Source: an uncultured Pseudomonadota bacterium
GTDB taxonomy: Bacteria; Myxococcota_A; UBA796; SXON01
NCBI GenBank assembly: GCA_903959175.1
Contig: CAJBVW010000293.1
Span: forward strand, 2,015 to 66,014
DNA: 64,000 nt
Direction of reading: 5' to 3'
Part shown: positions 17,296 to 27,134 of the stretch, piece by piece
How positions within the stretch are numbered: position 1 is the stretch's first letter
How the letters are laid out: each line of letters starts with the position of its first letter
The notes under the pieces: generated by a model
Seen by the model: only the letters and a program-made list of their open reading frames with translations
The model's database searches: none
Told to the model about the DNA's origin: nothing
Made by a program: the position numbers and the translations under genes

Positions 17296-18522
17296 GTGAT
17301 CCTCGCCCTCATCGCCCCCGCCCTCGCCTTCACCAGTATCCAGGCCCAGTTCCAGTCCACCATTGCGCAGGTCGAGGGCATGGTGTGGGACAGCAACGTC
17401 CAGGCGCTCGCGGCGCGCCAGGGGCTCGACGTGGTCAACGTCACCTGGGAGGACACCGGCCGCTCCAAGGGCTCCTCCGTCGGCCCGAACATCTCCGACA
17501 TGACCATCGGCGTGCGGGACGCGCAGGGGCTCCTCCACCCGATGCCGGTCCTCCGCTTCGACAACTTCACCGACACCACCGCCGACATCCGCTCGGACAG
17601 CTTCTGGCTCCGCGTCGGCAACGAGCGCGGCGGCCCGCTCCGCACGGTCTCCCTCGCGAATGTCCTCCAGGACACCCGCAGCTTCCTGTCCGACCCATGG
17701 AGCTGGAGCGGCCGCACCCGCTCGCTCTGGAACAGTCGTGACGAGACCGTGCTCGTCAGCGCCCAGGCCTGCTTCCTCCCCATCCCCCGCGACGGCGAGG
17801 CCACCTTCACCCCCGTCCTCTACAACTACCAGTCCTACCCGGAGAACCCGGCGGTCCTCACCATGGTCGCCACCCGCGAGGGCACCAGCATCCAGGTCGT
17901 CGAGAACGAGGGCGGCTACCTCTCCGAGACCCTCTCCTTCAACGAGAACGGCGAGCGCGCCCCCTTCACCGCCACCCGCCTCTCCGACTTCCGCGAGCGC
18001 GGCGGCGACGGCACCTGGGGCTCCGTCGGTGCGGGCGGCGAGGACGGCCTGAACATGGTCCTCCTCGTGCAGGTGCCGCTCAAGCAGAAGCCGCGCCCGA
18101 TGCCGAGCTACGGCTACGGCGGCATGGACGACATGGAGATGGCGGCGCCGATGGCCTCCTCCAAGGCGGCGACCCGCGGCGGCAGCGACGTGGAGTCCGC
18201 GGTCATCGGCCACGGCGCCACCGAGGGCCCCTACAAGGAGATCGACGGCCTCGCGATCGAGCGCGACACCCGCTTCCCCATCCGCGTGACCGTGCAGTTC
18301 TACAAGGCGACGAGCAACGGCGTCGTCTCCGAGGCCGACATCCGCGAGGTCCGCCGCCAGATCGACCGCGTCTACAGCGACGCCGCCTACGTCGGCAGCC
18401 TCGTCACCGAGGGCTACACCGGCCGCCCGACCGAGTGGGTCCAGCCCCAGCCGTACCGCCGCCCGGTGCCCACCGAGAACGCCCAGTGGGCCGACCCTTT
18501 CTGGAACTGGGCCACCCCTTAG
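17296..18522 (+). CDS. Hypothetical secreted protein, 408 aa, no recognisable domain
   Basis: GTG at 17296 lies inside track ORF 15748..18522. The signal-like N-terminus is ILALIAPALAFTSIQA. The composition is balanced, unlike the shadow ORFs. Confidence 0.55.
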   Translation: MILALIAPALAFTSIQAQFQSTIAQVEGMVWDSNVQALAARQGLDVVNVTWEDTGRSKGSSVGPNISDMTIGVRDAQGLLHPMPVLRFDNFTDTTADIRSDSFWLRVGNERGGPLRTVSLANVLQDTRSFLSDPWSWSGRTRSLWNSRDETVLVSAQACFLPIPRDGEATFTPVLYNYQSYPENPAVLTMVATREGTSIQVVENEGGYLSETLSFNENGERAPFTATRLSDFRERGGDGTWGSVGAGGEDGLNMVLLVQVPLKQKPRPMPSYGYGGMDDMEMAAPMASSKAATRGGSDVESAVIGHGATEGPYKEIDGLAIERDTRFPIRVTVQFYKATSNGVVSEADIREVRRQIDRVYSDAAYVGSLVTEGYTGRPTEWVQPQPYRRPVPTENAQWADPFWNWATP

Positions 18523-18539
18523 TTCATCCGGGCGTGCCC

Positions 18540-18642
18540 CCGCGCGGACGCGGGGTCGGGCCGCTTCCGGGCTCGCCCCCTGGGCTCGGTCCGTCGGTGC
18601 GGCGCGGACGCCGCCCCGCCGGGACCGGCCGCGCGGACGCGG
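18540..18642. promoter_or_regulatory. Reiterated GC-rich palindromic motif upstream of the sirtuin gene
   Basis: CCGCGCGGACGCGG occurs at 18540-18553 and 18629-18642. The core GCGCGGACGC occurs again at 18602-18611. Each copy is an inverted repeat, CCGCG-N4-CGCGG. Confidence 0.3.
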
Positions 18643-18709
18643 CCGCCCTCCGCGCCCCTCACGCGAAAGACCTGCTACCGTCGGCCTCTCCGCCGGGTGA
18701 CATTCCCGG

Positions 18710-19561
18710 ATGACGGACCCCGCGCGCCCCCTCGACCCGCCGGACGTCCCCGGCCTCGTCGCCGCCCTCGCCCGCCTGCTCGACGGCCGCCCCTTCGTCG
18801 CCCTCACGGGCGCGGGGTGCAGCACCGAGTCGGGCATCCCCGACTACCGCGGCCCCGGCACCCGCGAGCGCGCGCGGAACCCCGTCCAGTACCGCGCCTT
18901 CGTCGGCGAGCCCGCCGCGCGCCAGCGCTACTGGGCGCGGAGCATGCTCGGCTGGCCGCGCTTCTCCGCCGCGCGCCCGAACGCCGGCCACCACGCCCTC
19001 GCGGCCCTCCAACGCGCGGGGCACCTCACCGGGCTCGTCACCCAGAACGTCGATCGCCTCCATCACGCCGCCGGGAACACCGACGTCATCGAGCTCCACG
19101 GCGCCCTGGCCGAGGTCGTGTGCCTGGCCTGCGGCGCGCTCGAGCCCCGCGACGCGCTCCAGGCGCGGCTCACGCTCCTGAACCCGCGCTGGGACGCCGA
19201 CGTCGAGCTCGCCCCCGACGGCGACGCCGAGCTCACCGCCGTCGAGGGCTTCCGCGTCGCCGACTGCCTCGCGTGTGGCGGCGTGCTCAAGCCGCGCGTC
19301 GTGTTCTTCGGCGAGAACGTCCCGCGCCCCACGGTGGACGCCGCCTTCGCCCAGGTGGACGCCGCCGAGGCCCTCGTCGTCATCGGCACCTCGCTCACGG
19401 TGTACTCCGGCTACCGCTTCGTGCGGCGCGCCGCCGAGCGCGGCATCCCGGTCGCCATCTGCAACCTGGGGCCGACGCGCGGCGACGCGCTCGCGACGTT
19501 GACGGTGGACGCCCCGCTCGGCGCCGTGTTGCCGGGGCTGGTGGCGGCGCTGGGCGGGTGA
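18710..19561 (+). CDS. cobB: NAD-dependent protein deacylase, Sir2 family
   Basis: It has [22 protein letters not shown], the Zn ribbon CLACG...CLACGG, and [11 protein letters not shown]. Confidence 0.85.
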   Translation: MTDPARPLDPPDVPGLVAALARLLDGRPFVALTGAGCSTESGIPDYRGPGTRERARNPVQYRAFVGEPAARQRYWARSMLGWPRFSAARPNAGHHALAALQRAGHLTGLVTQNVDRLHHAAGNTDVIELHGALAEVVCLACGALEPRDALQARLTLLNPRWDADVELAPDGDAELTAVEGFRVADCLACGGVLKPRVVFFGENVPRPTVDAAFAQVDAAEALVVIGTSLTVYSGYRFVRRAAERGIPVAICNLGPTRGDALATLTVDAPLGAVLPGLVAALGG

Positions 19562-19646
19562 CTCCCACGGCGACAATCTGTGACATCCGCGAAGATGGAT
19601 GTTGACGCACGCGATGGGGAGCGCGCCGACGGTGTAGGCGGGGTTC

Positions 19647-19676
19647 GGGCGCGCCGCTCGCGGGAGCGGCGCGCCC
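19647..19676. terminator. Perfect 13-bp stem / 4-nt loop hairpin between convergent genes
   Basis: The sequence is gggcgcgccgctc-gcgg-gagcggcgcgccc. It lies between the stops at 19561 (plus) and 19683 (minus). There is no U-tract. Confidence 0.5.
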
Positions 19677-19682
19677 GCGCTC

Positions 19683-21074
19683 TCAGTCGCCTTCGCCTTC
19701 GTACTCGTCGAGTTCGCTGGAGAGTACGACACCGTTGGCGTCGACCTCGACGCCTGCCAGGTTGGTCGTCTTTACCTTCTCGAGCCCGGCGACGCCGAGG
19801 TGGTAGATGACCTGATCGACGCGTGTGCCGGTGACGATCCGCTCCTGCGGGCCGTACCAGCCGTAGTCCACGTACTCCACTCGCCGCTGAATACCGCGGT
19901 AGAGCCGGACGCTCAGCTGGTCAGGGCCAACGGTGCCGTCGCCGGCGGCGCCTGCGGCAGGAGGGCCGGTGATCCGTAGCACCGCGAGATCGGGCCCAGA
20001 GATGGAGGGCTTGCTGTCGATCGTGAGCGGGGCCCAGTCCTCCCCGTTCCACCGCCACGCGCGCGACAGGAAGGTGGTGTTGATCCCCGCCGGCTGCAGG
20101 CCGTCGGCCGCGGCCTCCTCGGTGTTCGAGCTCGCCGGGAGCGCGACGGTCGCGAACACCACCTCAGCGGAGCCGACGGTCGCGCGCCGCAACATGATCG
20201 GCGCCGAGTCGTCTTCTTGCCCGAGCTGGTTCAACGACGCGCGGACCTTTGCGGCTTGGAAGACCGGCTCCAGGCCCTCGTTCGCGTCCTCCCAGCCCAT
20301 TCCCATCAGGAACTTCCCCGCGCTCTGGTTGCGGGAGGAGCCGTCCGTTCGGACGGTCGTCGGAGACACGCGATTGGTGTTCTCGCTCGACAGCTTGGCG
20401 ATGAGCCCCGCGAGGCGCAGGTTGCGCAGTGTCTGATCCGCCTCGCCCTTGGCGAGGTTCTCGGACGAGTTCGCGACGGCGGTGAGGCTGGGGATCGCGG
20501 CGTCACCGACGAGGTAAAGCAACGACTTCGAGTCTTCGCGAAGGTCCTCGGAGGCGAGGTGGTCGACCAGGTAGGCCATCCCGGTCGGGTCGCCGTTCGC
20601 AGCGGCGCAGAAGGCGAACACGAGCCGGGGCTTTAGGGCGTCCGGAGGGAAATCGTGCTCCGTCCACCCATACGTTACCGCTTTGGCGAGCACGTCGCGG
20701 TACTCCTCCCAGTCCTTCGTAGGGATGCCCGCGTCGAGCTCGGCCTTGCGCAGCTTGAGGCGAAGCTCCTTCTGGGCCTCCTCGGCGCTGGTCGAGGCCG
20801 CCGAGGCGGGCGTGGCGGAGATCAGGCAGCCGGCAGCCGCGTCACTGCCGACCTCAGCGAGTCGGATGAACAGCAGCAGGGCCTTGGCCTCCCGGTCCTC
20901 CGGGGAGTTGTGGAGCTGCACCCGAAGCTCGGTGCGGGCGCTCTCGTACTCGGAGACCGAAATGAACTCCTTGGCGCGCTTCATCTGCGCGGACTCGAAC
21001 AGGTTGCCGACCTGCGCGCAGGCCAGCAGCGACGTGAAGGCCAGCAGGGAAGAAGCTATGGATAAAGCGCGCAT
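19683..21074 (-). CDS. Lipoprotein with a HEAT-like repeat region; function unknown
   Basis: The N-terminus is [19 protein letters not shown]. The middle part [40 protein letters not shown] is HEAT/PBS-lyase-like. G+C is visibly lower than in the neighbours. Confidence 0.65.
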   Translation of the reverse strand: MRALSIASSLLAFTSLLACAQVGNLFESAQMKRAKEFISVSEYESARTELRVQLHNSPEDREAKALLLFIRLAEVGSDAAAGCLISATPASAASTSAEEAQKELRLKLRKAELDAGIPTKDWEEYRDVLAKAVTYGWTEHDFPPDALKPRLVFAFCAAANGDPTGMAYLVDHLASEDLREDSKSLLYLVGDAAIPSLTAVANSSENLAKGEADQTLRNLRLAGLIAKLSSENTNRVSPTTVRTDGSSRNQSAGKFLMGMGWEDANEGLEPVFQAAKVRASLNQLGQEDDSAPIMLRRATVGSAEVVFATVALPASSNTEEAAADGLQPAGINTTFLSRAWRWNGEDWAPLTIDSKPSISGPDLAVLRITGPPAAGAAGDGTVGPDQLSVRLYRGIQRRVEYVDYGWYGPQERIVTGTRVDQVIYHLGVAGLEKVKTTNLAGVEVDANGVVLSSELDEYEGEGD

Positions 21075-21134
21075 CGGTCCTCGAGTGCGGGCATGCTACG
21101 ACGCCTTCCCGATGAATGCCAGCCGTGCGCTTCT

Positions 21135-23939
21135 TCAGCGACACATCTCCTCGTCGGGAGGAGGCGGCTCGAGCAGGATCATCTCGACCCGCCGGTTGCG
21201 TTGGTAGTCGGCCTGTGTGTTCCCCGAGCGAACCGGTCGCCGCTCCCCGAAGCTCTTGACCACGAGCTGGTCCGCGCGGCCCCCACGGGCGCGGACGGCC
21301 TCAGCGGTGCGTGCCGCCCTCCGGAGCGCGAGGTCGTCGTTGTAGGCGTCGCTCCCTCGCGCGTCGGCGTGGCCCTCTACGCGCAGGCGGAGCTCCGGCC
21401 GCGCCTGGAGGGACTCGCCCAGCTCTTGGAGGAACGGCTCGAGCGTGGGTTCGAAACCGTCGCTGTTGCTCTGGAAGTAGAGAGCGCTCGCGGGCAGGTC
21501 ACGCGAGAGGACGCGCAGGAGCCTCCAGGTATCCCCACCCTGACGCGCGTAAAGACCGGTGGCGGTGCCGTAGATCGTCATCTCGCCCTCCGTGCCGGGG
21601 CGCTCTACGGCGTCCCAGGTGCGGCCAAGGTCCCTGGAGCACCAGAGGCTCGCGCCGCCATCCGTGCACACCGCCGGCGATCCCAGTGAGGCCAGCACGA
21701 GCTCTCGGCGGCCGGGGTCGGCCGCCAGCACCTCGCGCCATGTGGTGTCGTCGAGCGACCGCGAGATGCTCCCATCGGACTCCAACTTCACCTGCGCCGG
21801 ATGCCCGTCCTCGAGCGTGAGCCGCGTCACGCCGGGGAGCGAGTCGGATGGGATGGGCTCCTCCGCCCAGCGCCACTCCGGGCTCACCACGGGCTCGGGT
21901 AGCGCGCTGGAAACGGGTCGGTAGGTGACGACGTATTGCTTGGAGAGCTGGTCTGCGATGTCGAGGAGCGCCTCCTCGTAGGGCGCCGGATCGGTGGTGT
22001 CGTCGGGCACCGGGACCAGCCTCCCGCCGCTGGTCGTGGCCAACTCGAGGTAGCCGTCGGACTCCGCTGCGGTGGCCAACACGTAGGTCCGGACCTCCGC
22101 CTTCCCGAGGCGCCCGGCGACCACCCCGGGCAGCTCCGGGTGATCGCGCACGGTTTGGCAGGAGCTGATGTCGCCGAGCGCGCGCTGTACGGCGGTGTTG
22201 GTGCAGTACGATCCGGGGCGGGAGCCGCAGCCGCTCAGCAGGCGGGCATAGCGGGGCGGGCCGTTCGCGATGCACGCGCCGAAGCAGGTCGCGTCGCTTC
22301 CGCACGAGCCCAGGCAGCCTCCCACGGAGCGGGCCTCGTCGCAGGAGGTCTCCTCCAGGCCGAGCGCGCGACGCCCGTGCAGGTTCACCTGGAGGCGCTC
22401 GTCGCTCAGCAAGACGACCACACGCTCTCCGCGCCCTCGGCGCACCTGCTCGATGCCCGCGAGGATCCCGCCGGCGGTGTCCTCCGCGCCTCCCCCCCCG
22501 TTGCCGGGCATGTCTCGCAGCCACCTTCGGAAGTCGGAGGTCCGAGCGCTCGGCGCCTCGTTCACCACCACGCCGTCGGAGAAGCCCACGAGCCCGATTT
22601 CCACGCTCCGGTTGCGGAAGCGGAGCGTCTCCGCGAAGCGCTCCACCGCGGCGTCGACCGCCGCGCGTTCGGTCGCCATGCTGCCGGAGAGGTCGACCGC
22701 GACCGCGATCTCCAGCGGGCGCTCCTGTTCCAGTGAGGTGAACGCCGAGATCGGGACCCGATCCTCACCGTCCCAGAGCGCGAAGCTCGCGCGGGTGAGG
22801 CCCGCGAGCCGCCGTCCCTCGCAGTCGACGACGTCCACGGTGAGCTCGATCTCGCCGTTTGGGAGCGTGCGTCGCCGTTGCACCCGAGCTTGGCGCGCGC
22901 GCGGCGCAGTGCGTTCTCGCCATGCGAGCCAGCGCCCCTCTGCGTCCCAGGCCCGCGGGTCATCGGGAAATTGTTTGGAAAAATCGCCGGCCCGCGCGGG
23001 GTCGGCGGCTGCATCCCAGGCGAGCGTACGCGCTCGTTCCAGCAACGCGGGCCCCTCCGCGGTGCCCCGCAGCAAGTGTGCGACGAGGAGCCAGGCCTCC
23101 GTGCTCTCGGCCTCCTCAGCGCGCGCCGCGAGCGCATCGCGTCGGGCTGTCGCCACCTCGGCGAGCGCCGGCAGCTCATCGTTCTCGCTGCGCCACTTCG
23201 CGAGCGAGGCCACGTCCCATTCGGAGGCGAGGAGCGCGGCGATGGCCTCGTTTGCCAATGCTCTGCCGGCGAGGACGTGGGCCTCCGCCACGACCTCCGG
23301 CGCCACGTCGGAGTCAGCGTAGCTCGCGAGCCATGAGCGGAGGGCGCGGGTGGTCCCGGCCTCTTTCGCCGACGCGAGCGCACGGGCCATCTCCAAGGCG
23401 AGGACCTGCCGCCGCTCTGTCTCCGCTTCGGGCCAGTCCGCGTACGCGCGCCGGAAGGCTTGGAGCGGCTCGATCCCGTCGCTGGTCTCCGCCGCGGTGA
23501 GCGCCAAGGCCACCTCGCGCCGTCGGGCATCCTCGACCTCCGCGGAGTCGGGGTAGGCCGCGCGGAAATACTGATAGGACGACAAGGTGTCCTGCCGGCG
23601 CGCCATGTCGCGGTAGGCGGCGGTCGCCTCCCGACGCTGCGCCTCGCTGAGCAGGTCGACCGGGCGCGGGTAACTCCGCTGGTAGCCGCGCCACGCCTGC
23701 ACGTTGTCCATGTCGGAGGCGAGGGAGAACGCTGCCTTTGCCTGGGCGGTGGCGACCTCCTGCCACCGGGGATGTTCGCGGCTGTGGTTCTCGAGCCATC
23801 GGGTGGAGCGGTCCAGCGCCGTCGTCGCGTCGCGCTCGGCGAGCTGCTCGAAGCGTTGACCAGGGGGCACGCATGACGCGACGAGTACACATGCGAGAAG
23901 GACGGGCGCAGCCTGGGACCGGAACAGGGAAGCCGACAT
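21135..23939 (-). CDS. 934-aa multidomain lipoprotein: helical repeats + vWA domain (with Cys-rich insert) + Asp-box motifs + C-terminal OmpA-like peptidoglycan-binding domain
   Basis: The lipobox is LVASC. The helical repeats carry YPxS-type motifs. The MIDAS motif DLSGS is at residues 416-420. A 10-Cys insert spans residues 533-594 (nt 22158-22343). An Asp-box SRDLGRTW lies at nt 21615-21638. The OmpA_C motif is RVEGHADARGSDAYNDDLALRRA. Confidence 0.8.
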   Translation of the reverse strand: MSASLFRSQAAPVLLACVLVASCVPPGQRFEQLAERDATTALDRSTRWLENHSREHPRWQEVATAQAKAAFSLASDMDNVQAWRGYQRSYPRPVDLLSEAQRREATAAYRDMARRQDTLSSYQYFRAAYPDSAEVEDARRREVALALTAAETSDGIEPLQAFRRAYADWPEAETERRQVLALEMARALASAKEAGTTRALRSWLASYADSDVAPEVVAEAHVLAGRALANEAIAALLASEWDVASLAKWRSENDELPALAEVATARRDALAARAEEAESTEAWLLVAHLLRGTAEGPALLERARTLAWDAAADPARAGDFSKQFPDDPRAWDAEGRWLAWRERTAPRARQARVQRRRTLPNGEIELTVDVVDCEGRRLAGLTRASFALWDGEDRVPISAFTSLEQERPLEIAVAVDLSGSMATERAAVDAAVERFAETLRFRNRSVEIGLVGFSDGVVVNEAPSARTSDFRRWLRDMPGNGGGGAEDTAGGILAGIEQVRRGRGERVVVLLSDERLQVNLHGRRALGLEETSCDEARSVGGCLGSCGSDATCFGACIANGPPRYARLLSGCGSRPGSYCTNTAVQRALGDISSCQTVRDHPELPGVVAGRLGKAEVRTYVLATAAESDGYLELATTSGGRLVPVPDDTTDPAPYEEALLDIADQLSKQYVVTYRPVSSALPEPVVSPEWRWAEEPIPSDSLPGVTRLTLEDGHPAQVKLESDGSISRSLDDTTWREVLAADPGRRELVLASLGSPAVCTDGGASLWCSRDLGRTWDAVERPGTEGEMTIYGTATGLYARQGGDTWRLLRVLSRDLPASALYFQSNSDGFEPTLEPFLQELGESLQARPELRLRVEGHADARGSDAYNDDLALRRAARTAEAVRARGGRADQLVVKSFGERRPVRSGNTQADYQRNRRVEMILLEPPPPDEEMCR

Positions 23940-24004
23940 CGGAGCACTCTACTTCATCCGCGGTGCCGCGTTCCTGTTCCGGCGCGTCGCGCAAAGCCTC
24001 TCCA

Positions 24005-24799
24005 TCACCCCGCGTACACCGTCCACCGATCCGCCCTCAGCCACCCGATCAGCGTGAGCCCCGCCGCCCCCGCGACCTCCACCGCGAGCGAGGTCGGCGC
24101 GCCGAGCGTCACCACCAGGGGCACGCGCGCCAAGAGCGCCTTTTGCACGATCTCGAAGCCGGCACGGCTCGACACGAGCAGGCCGAGGCCCGTGAAGTCG
24201 AGGGTGTCCGCCCGTAGGCGCGCGCCGAGCACCTTGTCGACGGCGTTGTGGCGACCCACGTCTTCGCGCAGATCGTGCAGCGCGCCGGTCGCGTCGAAGA
24301 GCGCGGCGCCGTGCAGCCCGCCGGTGGAGCGGAAGGCGCCCTGGCCGGCGCGCAGCGCGTCGGAGAGCCCCGCGAGGACGTGCGCCTCGGGCATCCAGCC
24401 GTCCACGCCGTCGAAGTGGCGCCGGAGCCGGTCGATCGAGGCCTTGCCGCAGATGCCGCAGGAGCTCGTGGCGTACATCGCGCGGTCGGCCGAGCGGGCG
24501 CGCGCGGCGGGCACCCCCTCGGAGAGCCGCACGTCCACGGTGTTCTCGGCGACCGTCGCGAGCGCGCGGATGTCGTCGGGGCCGTCGATCACGCCCTCGG
24601 TGAGGAGGAACCCGGCGGCGAGGTCGAGGTCGTCGCCGGGGGTGCGCATCGTGATGGCGGTCGGGACGCCCTCGACGCGGATCTCGAGGGGCTCCTCGAC
24701 GGCGACGAGGTCGAACCCCTCAGCCTCGGGGGGCGTTACGGGGGGCGGAGCCCCCTGTCCCAAGAGCACCCGGCGAACCCGCACTTCACGGCTCTTCAC
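24005..24799 (-). CDS. fdhD: Formate dehydrogenase accessory sulfurtransferase FdhD
   Basis: It has MRTPGDDLDLAAGFLLTEG and SSCGICGKASI. It begins 3 nt downstream of the molybdoenzyme gene. Confidence 0.85.
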   Translation of the reverse strand: MKSREVRVRRVLLGQGAPPPVTPPEAEGFDLVAVEEPLEIRVEGVPTAITMRTPGDDLDLAAGFLLTEGVIDGPDDIRALATVAENTVDVRLSEGVPAARARSADRAMYATSSCGICGKASIDRLRRHFDGVDGWMPEAHVLAGLSDALRAGQGAFRSTGGLHGAALFDATGALHDLREDVGRHNAVDKVLGARLRADTLDFTGLGLLVSSRAGFEIVQKALLARVPLVVTLGAPTSLAVEVAGAAGLTLIGWLRADRWTVYAG

Positions 24800-24802
24800 C
24801 GG

Positions 24803-27031
24803 TCAGATCCGCTCGATCCGCACCACCGCGTTGTAGTCGGGCTCCTCCGAGCGCGGGTCGATGCGGCGGCCGATGAGGACGTTGCACTCGGGCCAGTACG
24901 CCTGGAGCACGCCGGCGCGGATGTCGGCCAGGCGCAGGTTGACCTCCATCTTCCCGATGTCGGAGACGACGCGGGCGCGCATGCCGTCGGACAGGCCGAG
25001 CTTCGCGAGGTCTGCCGCGGAGATCAGCAGGTCGTCGCGCTTCTTGCCGCCCTGGACCGGGTCGTGGTCCTTGATGACGATGCTGTTGAACTGCTTGCCG
25101 CGGCGGGTCGTGAGGTAGAAGGCGCCCGCCGGCACCTCGATGTGGCGCGGCTCCAGCACGGTGAAGCGCGCCTTCTCCTCGGGCATCCCGGGGAACTTGC
25201 CGCCGACGCAGAGCTGCTCGCCGCCCCACTGGATCCAATCGCCGGCCTTCGAGAGGGTCTCGATGCCGGCGTAGAGCGGCACGGTCGCGCCGATCTCGCG
25301 GCGGATGTCGGATGCGTCGCGATAGGAGAGCTGTTCGGTGGTGCCGGGGAACGCGGCCATGACGACCTGACAGGGGATCTCGTACTCGGGCCGGCTCTCG
25401 CCCACCTGGGGGTGCCCGGCGATCTCGGGAGAGAAGCGGATGCGGCGCTCGGTGTTGGTCGACGTGCCGCCGCCGCGCTGCTCGTAGCGGGTCTGCGCGG
25501 GGAGCACGAGCACGGTGTCCGCGCCCTCCAAGACGGTGGACGTGTTGAAGACGATGTCCTGGTGGATGCGGAGCTTGACCTTGGAGTACGCGTCCGCCAC
25601 CCACGCGGGGTCGGGCAGCACCGCGAACAGGTTCCCGCCGAGGTTGTAGAGAAAATCGATGCCGCCCTCGTCCATGCGCTCGACCATGCGCATCGTCGTG
25701 AGCCCCGGAGTGCGCGGCAGCGTGGTCTTCCAGTAGCCCTCGAAGCGCTGGAGGTTCTCTTCCGTGAGCGGGATGCCGCCGGGGAGGATGCCCGGGGCCA
25801 CGCCGCACTCGCCGCCGCCCTGCACGCCCGAGTGGCCGCGGATGGGGAGGATGCCGGTCTTCGGCCGGCCGATCATGCCGCGGGAGAGGTGGAGGTTGAC
25901 GATGGCCTCGACGTTTTCGGTGCCGAAGGTGTGTTGGGTGAGTCCCATCGAGTAGATCGTGACACACGTCGTCGCGCGGGCGTACAGCTCGGCCAACCAC
26001 TCGATCTTCGCCTTGTCCACGCCGGAGTCGCGCACGATGTCGTCCCAGGCCATCGCCTGGACGTGGGCCTCGACGGCCTCCCAATTCGTGGTGTGGGCGT
26101 CGACATAGGAGCGGTCGACCTTCCCCTTCTCGACGAGCACCTTGAGCACGCCGTTGAGCAGCGCGATGTCCCCGCCGACGGCGACGGGGATGAAGTCGTC
26201 CATGAGCGTCGTGCCGAACAGGGCGCTCTTCGGCATCGAAGGAACCCAATAGCTCTCGAGGCCCTTCTCGCGCACCGGGTTGATGACGACGATGCGGGTG
26301 CCCTGCGCCTTGGCGTGCGCGAGGTACTTCATCGTGACCGGCTGGTTGTTCGCGATGTCGGTGCCCCAGAGGAGGAGCAGGTCGGTGCCGATCAGATCCT
26401 TGAGCGAGCAGGTCGGCGCGCCGACGCCGATCGTCGCCTTGAGGCCGGACACGGTGGCCTGGTGACACAGGCGCGCGCAGAGGTCGACGTTGTTGGTCCC
26501 CGCGAGCCGCGCCGCCTTGGTGAAGGCGTAGTAGACCTCGTTCGTGATGCCGCGGGAGGTCGCGAACCACGCTTGGCGCTCGGGGGGCGTCTCGCGGAGG
26601 GCGCCGCCGGCGAGGGCGAGGGCGTCGTCCCAGGAGATGCGGCGGAAGCCGCGGTCGCCCTTCCGGTAGACGAGCGGGCAGGGGATGCGGCCGAGGGCCT
26701 GCAATTGCCGGTTGTCCATGCGACGGAGGTGGGCGATGTCCGCCACGTCCGCCGGGGTGAAGGCGGGCATGGTGTTGAGGCGGAGGAGCTTCAGCCGGGT
26801 GGTGCAGAGGTGGGTGCCCTCGATGACGTCGTCCTTCAGGCCGCGGGGGCCGAGGGAACAGCCGTCACAAACACCCTTGTTCAGGATCCGCCACGCGTAG
26901 GGGAGGCTGTCCCGGTTCTCCCAGAGCACCTCGGCCACCTCGAGCATGTGGTGGGGCTTCTGCGCGCCGAGGCCGAAGGGGACCAGGGACGCGATGCGGT
27001 CGTCGCCGCGAACCGGGAGGTTGTCGCTCAT
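24803..27031 (-). CDS. Molybdopterin oxidoreductase, FdhF/YdeP family (alpha subunit)
   Basis: The N-terminal Cys cluster is GVCDGCSLGPRGLKDD...HLCTTRL. The protein is 742 aa with MopB and C-terminal barrel blocks, and is paired with fdhD. Confidence 0.85.
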   Translation of the reverse strand: MSDNLPVRGDDRIASLVPFGLGAQKPHHMLEVAEVLWENRDSLPYAWRILNKGVCDGCSLGPRGLKDDVIEGTHLCTTRLKLLRLNTMPAFTPADVADIAHLRRMDNRQLQALGRIPCPLVYRKGDRGFRRISWDDALALAGGALRETPPERQAWFATSRGITNEVYYAFTKAARLAGTNNVDLCARLCHQATVSGLKATIGVGAPTCSLKDLIGTDLLLLWGTDIANNQPVTMKYLAHAKAQGTRIVVINPVREKGLESYWVPSMPKSALFGTTLMDDFIPVAVGGDIALLNGVLKVLVEKGKVDRSYVDAHTTNWEAVEAHVQAMAWDDIVRDSGVDKAKIEWLAELYARATTCVTIYSMGLTQHTFGTENVEAIVNLHLSRGMIGRPKTGILPIRGHSGVQGGGECGVAPGILPGGIPLTEENLQRFEGYWKTTLPRTPGLTTMRMVERMDEGGIDFLYNLGGNLFAVLPDPAWVADAYSKVKLRIHQDIVFNTSTVLEGADTVLVLPAQTRYEQRGGGTSTNTERRIRFSPEIAGHPQVGESRPEYEIPCQVVMAAFPGTTEQLSYRDASDIRREIGATVPLYAGIETLSKAGDWIQWGGEQLCVGGKFPGMPEEKARFTVLEPRHIEVPAGAFYLTTRRGKQFNSIVIKDHDPVQGGKKRDDLLISAADLAKLGLSDGMRARVVSDIGKMEVNLRLADIRAGVLQAYWPECNVLIGRRIDPRSEEPDYNAVVRIERI

Positions 27032-27134
27032 TACCCGTCCCTAATTCGCCCTGCGCGCCCCTGTCGCATCGCGCGGCCGACGGTCGGCCCCTTCCCGAAG
27101 GGGAACGCCGCGCTTACCGTCCCATCGGGAGCGC

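Noticed and set aside
18710-19561. SIR2-domain protein as a phage-defence NADase
   Set aside because: It has the canonical sirtuin motifs, a Zn ribbon and normal length. It carries no fused or adjacent defence partner (no HerA, Ago, TIR or DSR-type extension). It is most simply a housekeeping deacylase.
24803-27031. Selenocysteine (in-frame TGA) in the formate-dehydrogenase-like enzyme
   Set aside because: The ORF is uninterrupted, and no SECIS-like hairpin need be invoked. It is the Cys-type YdeP family.
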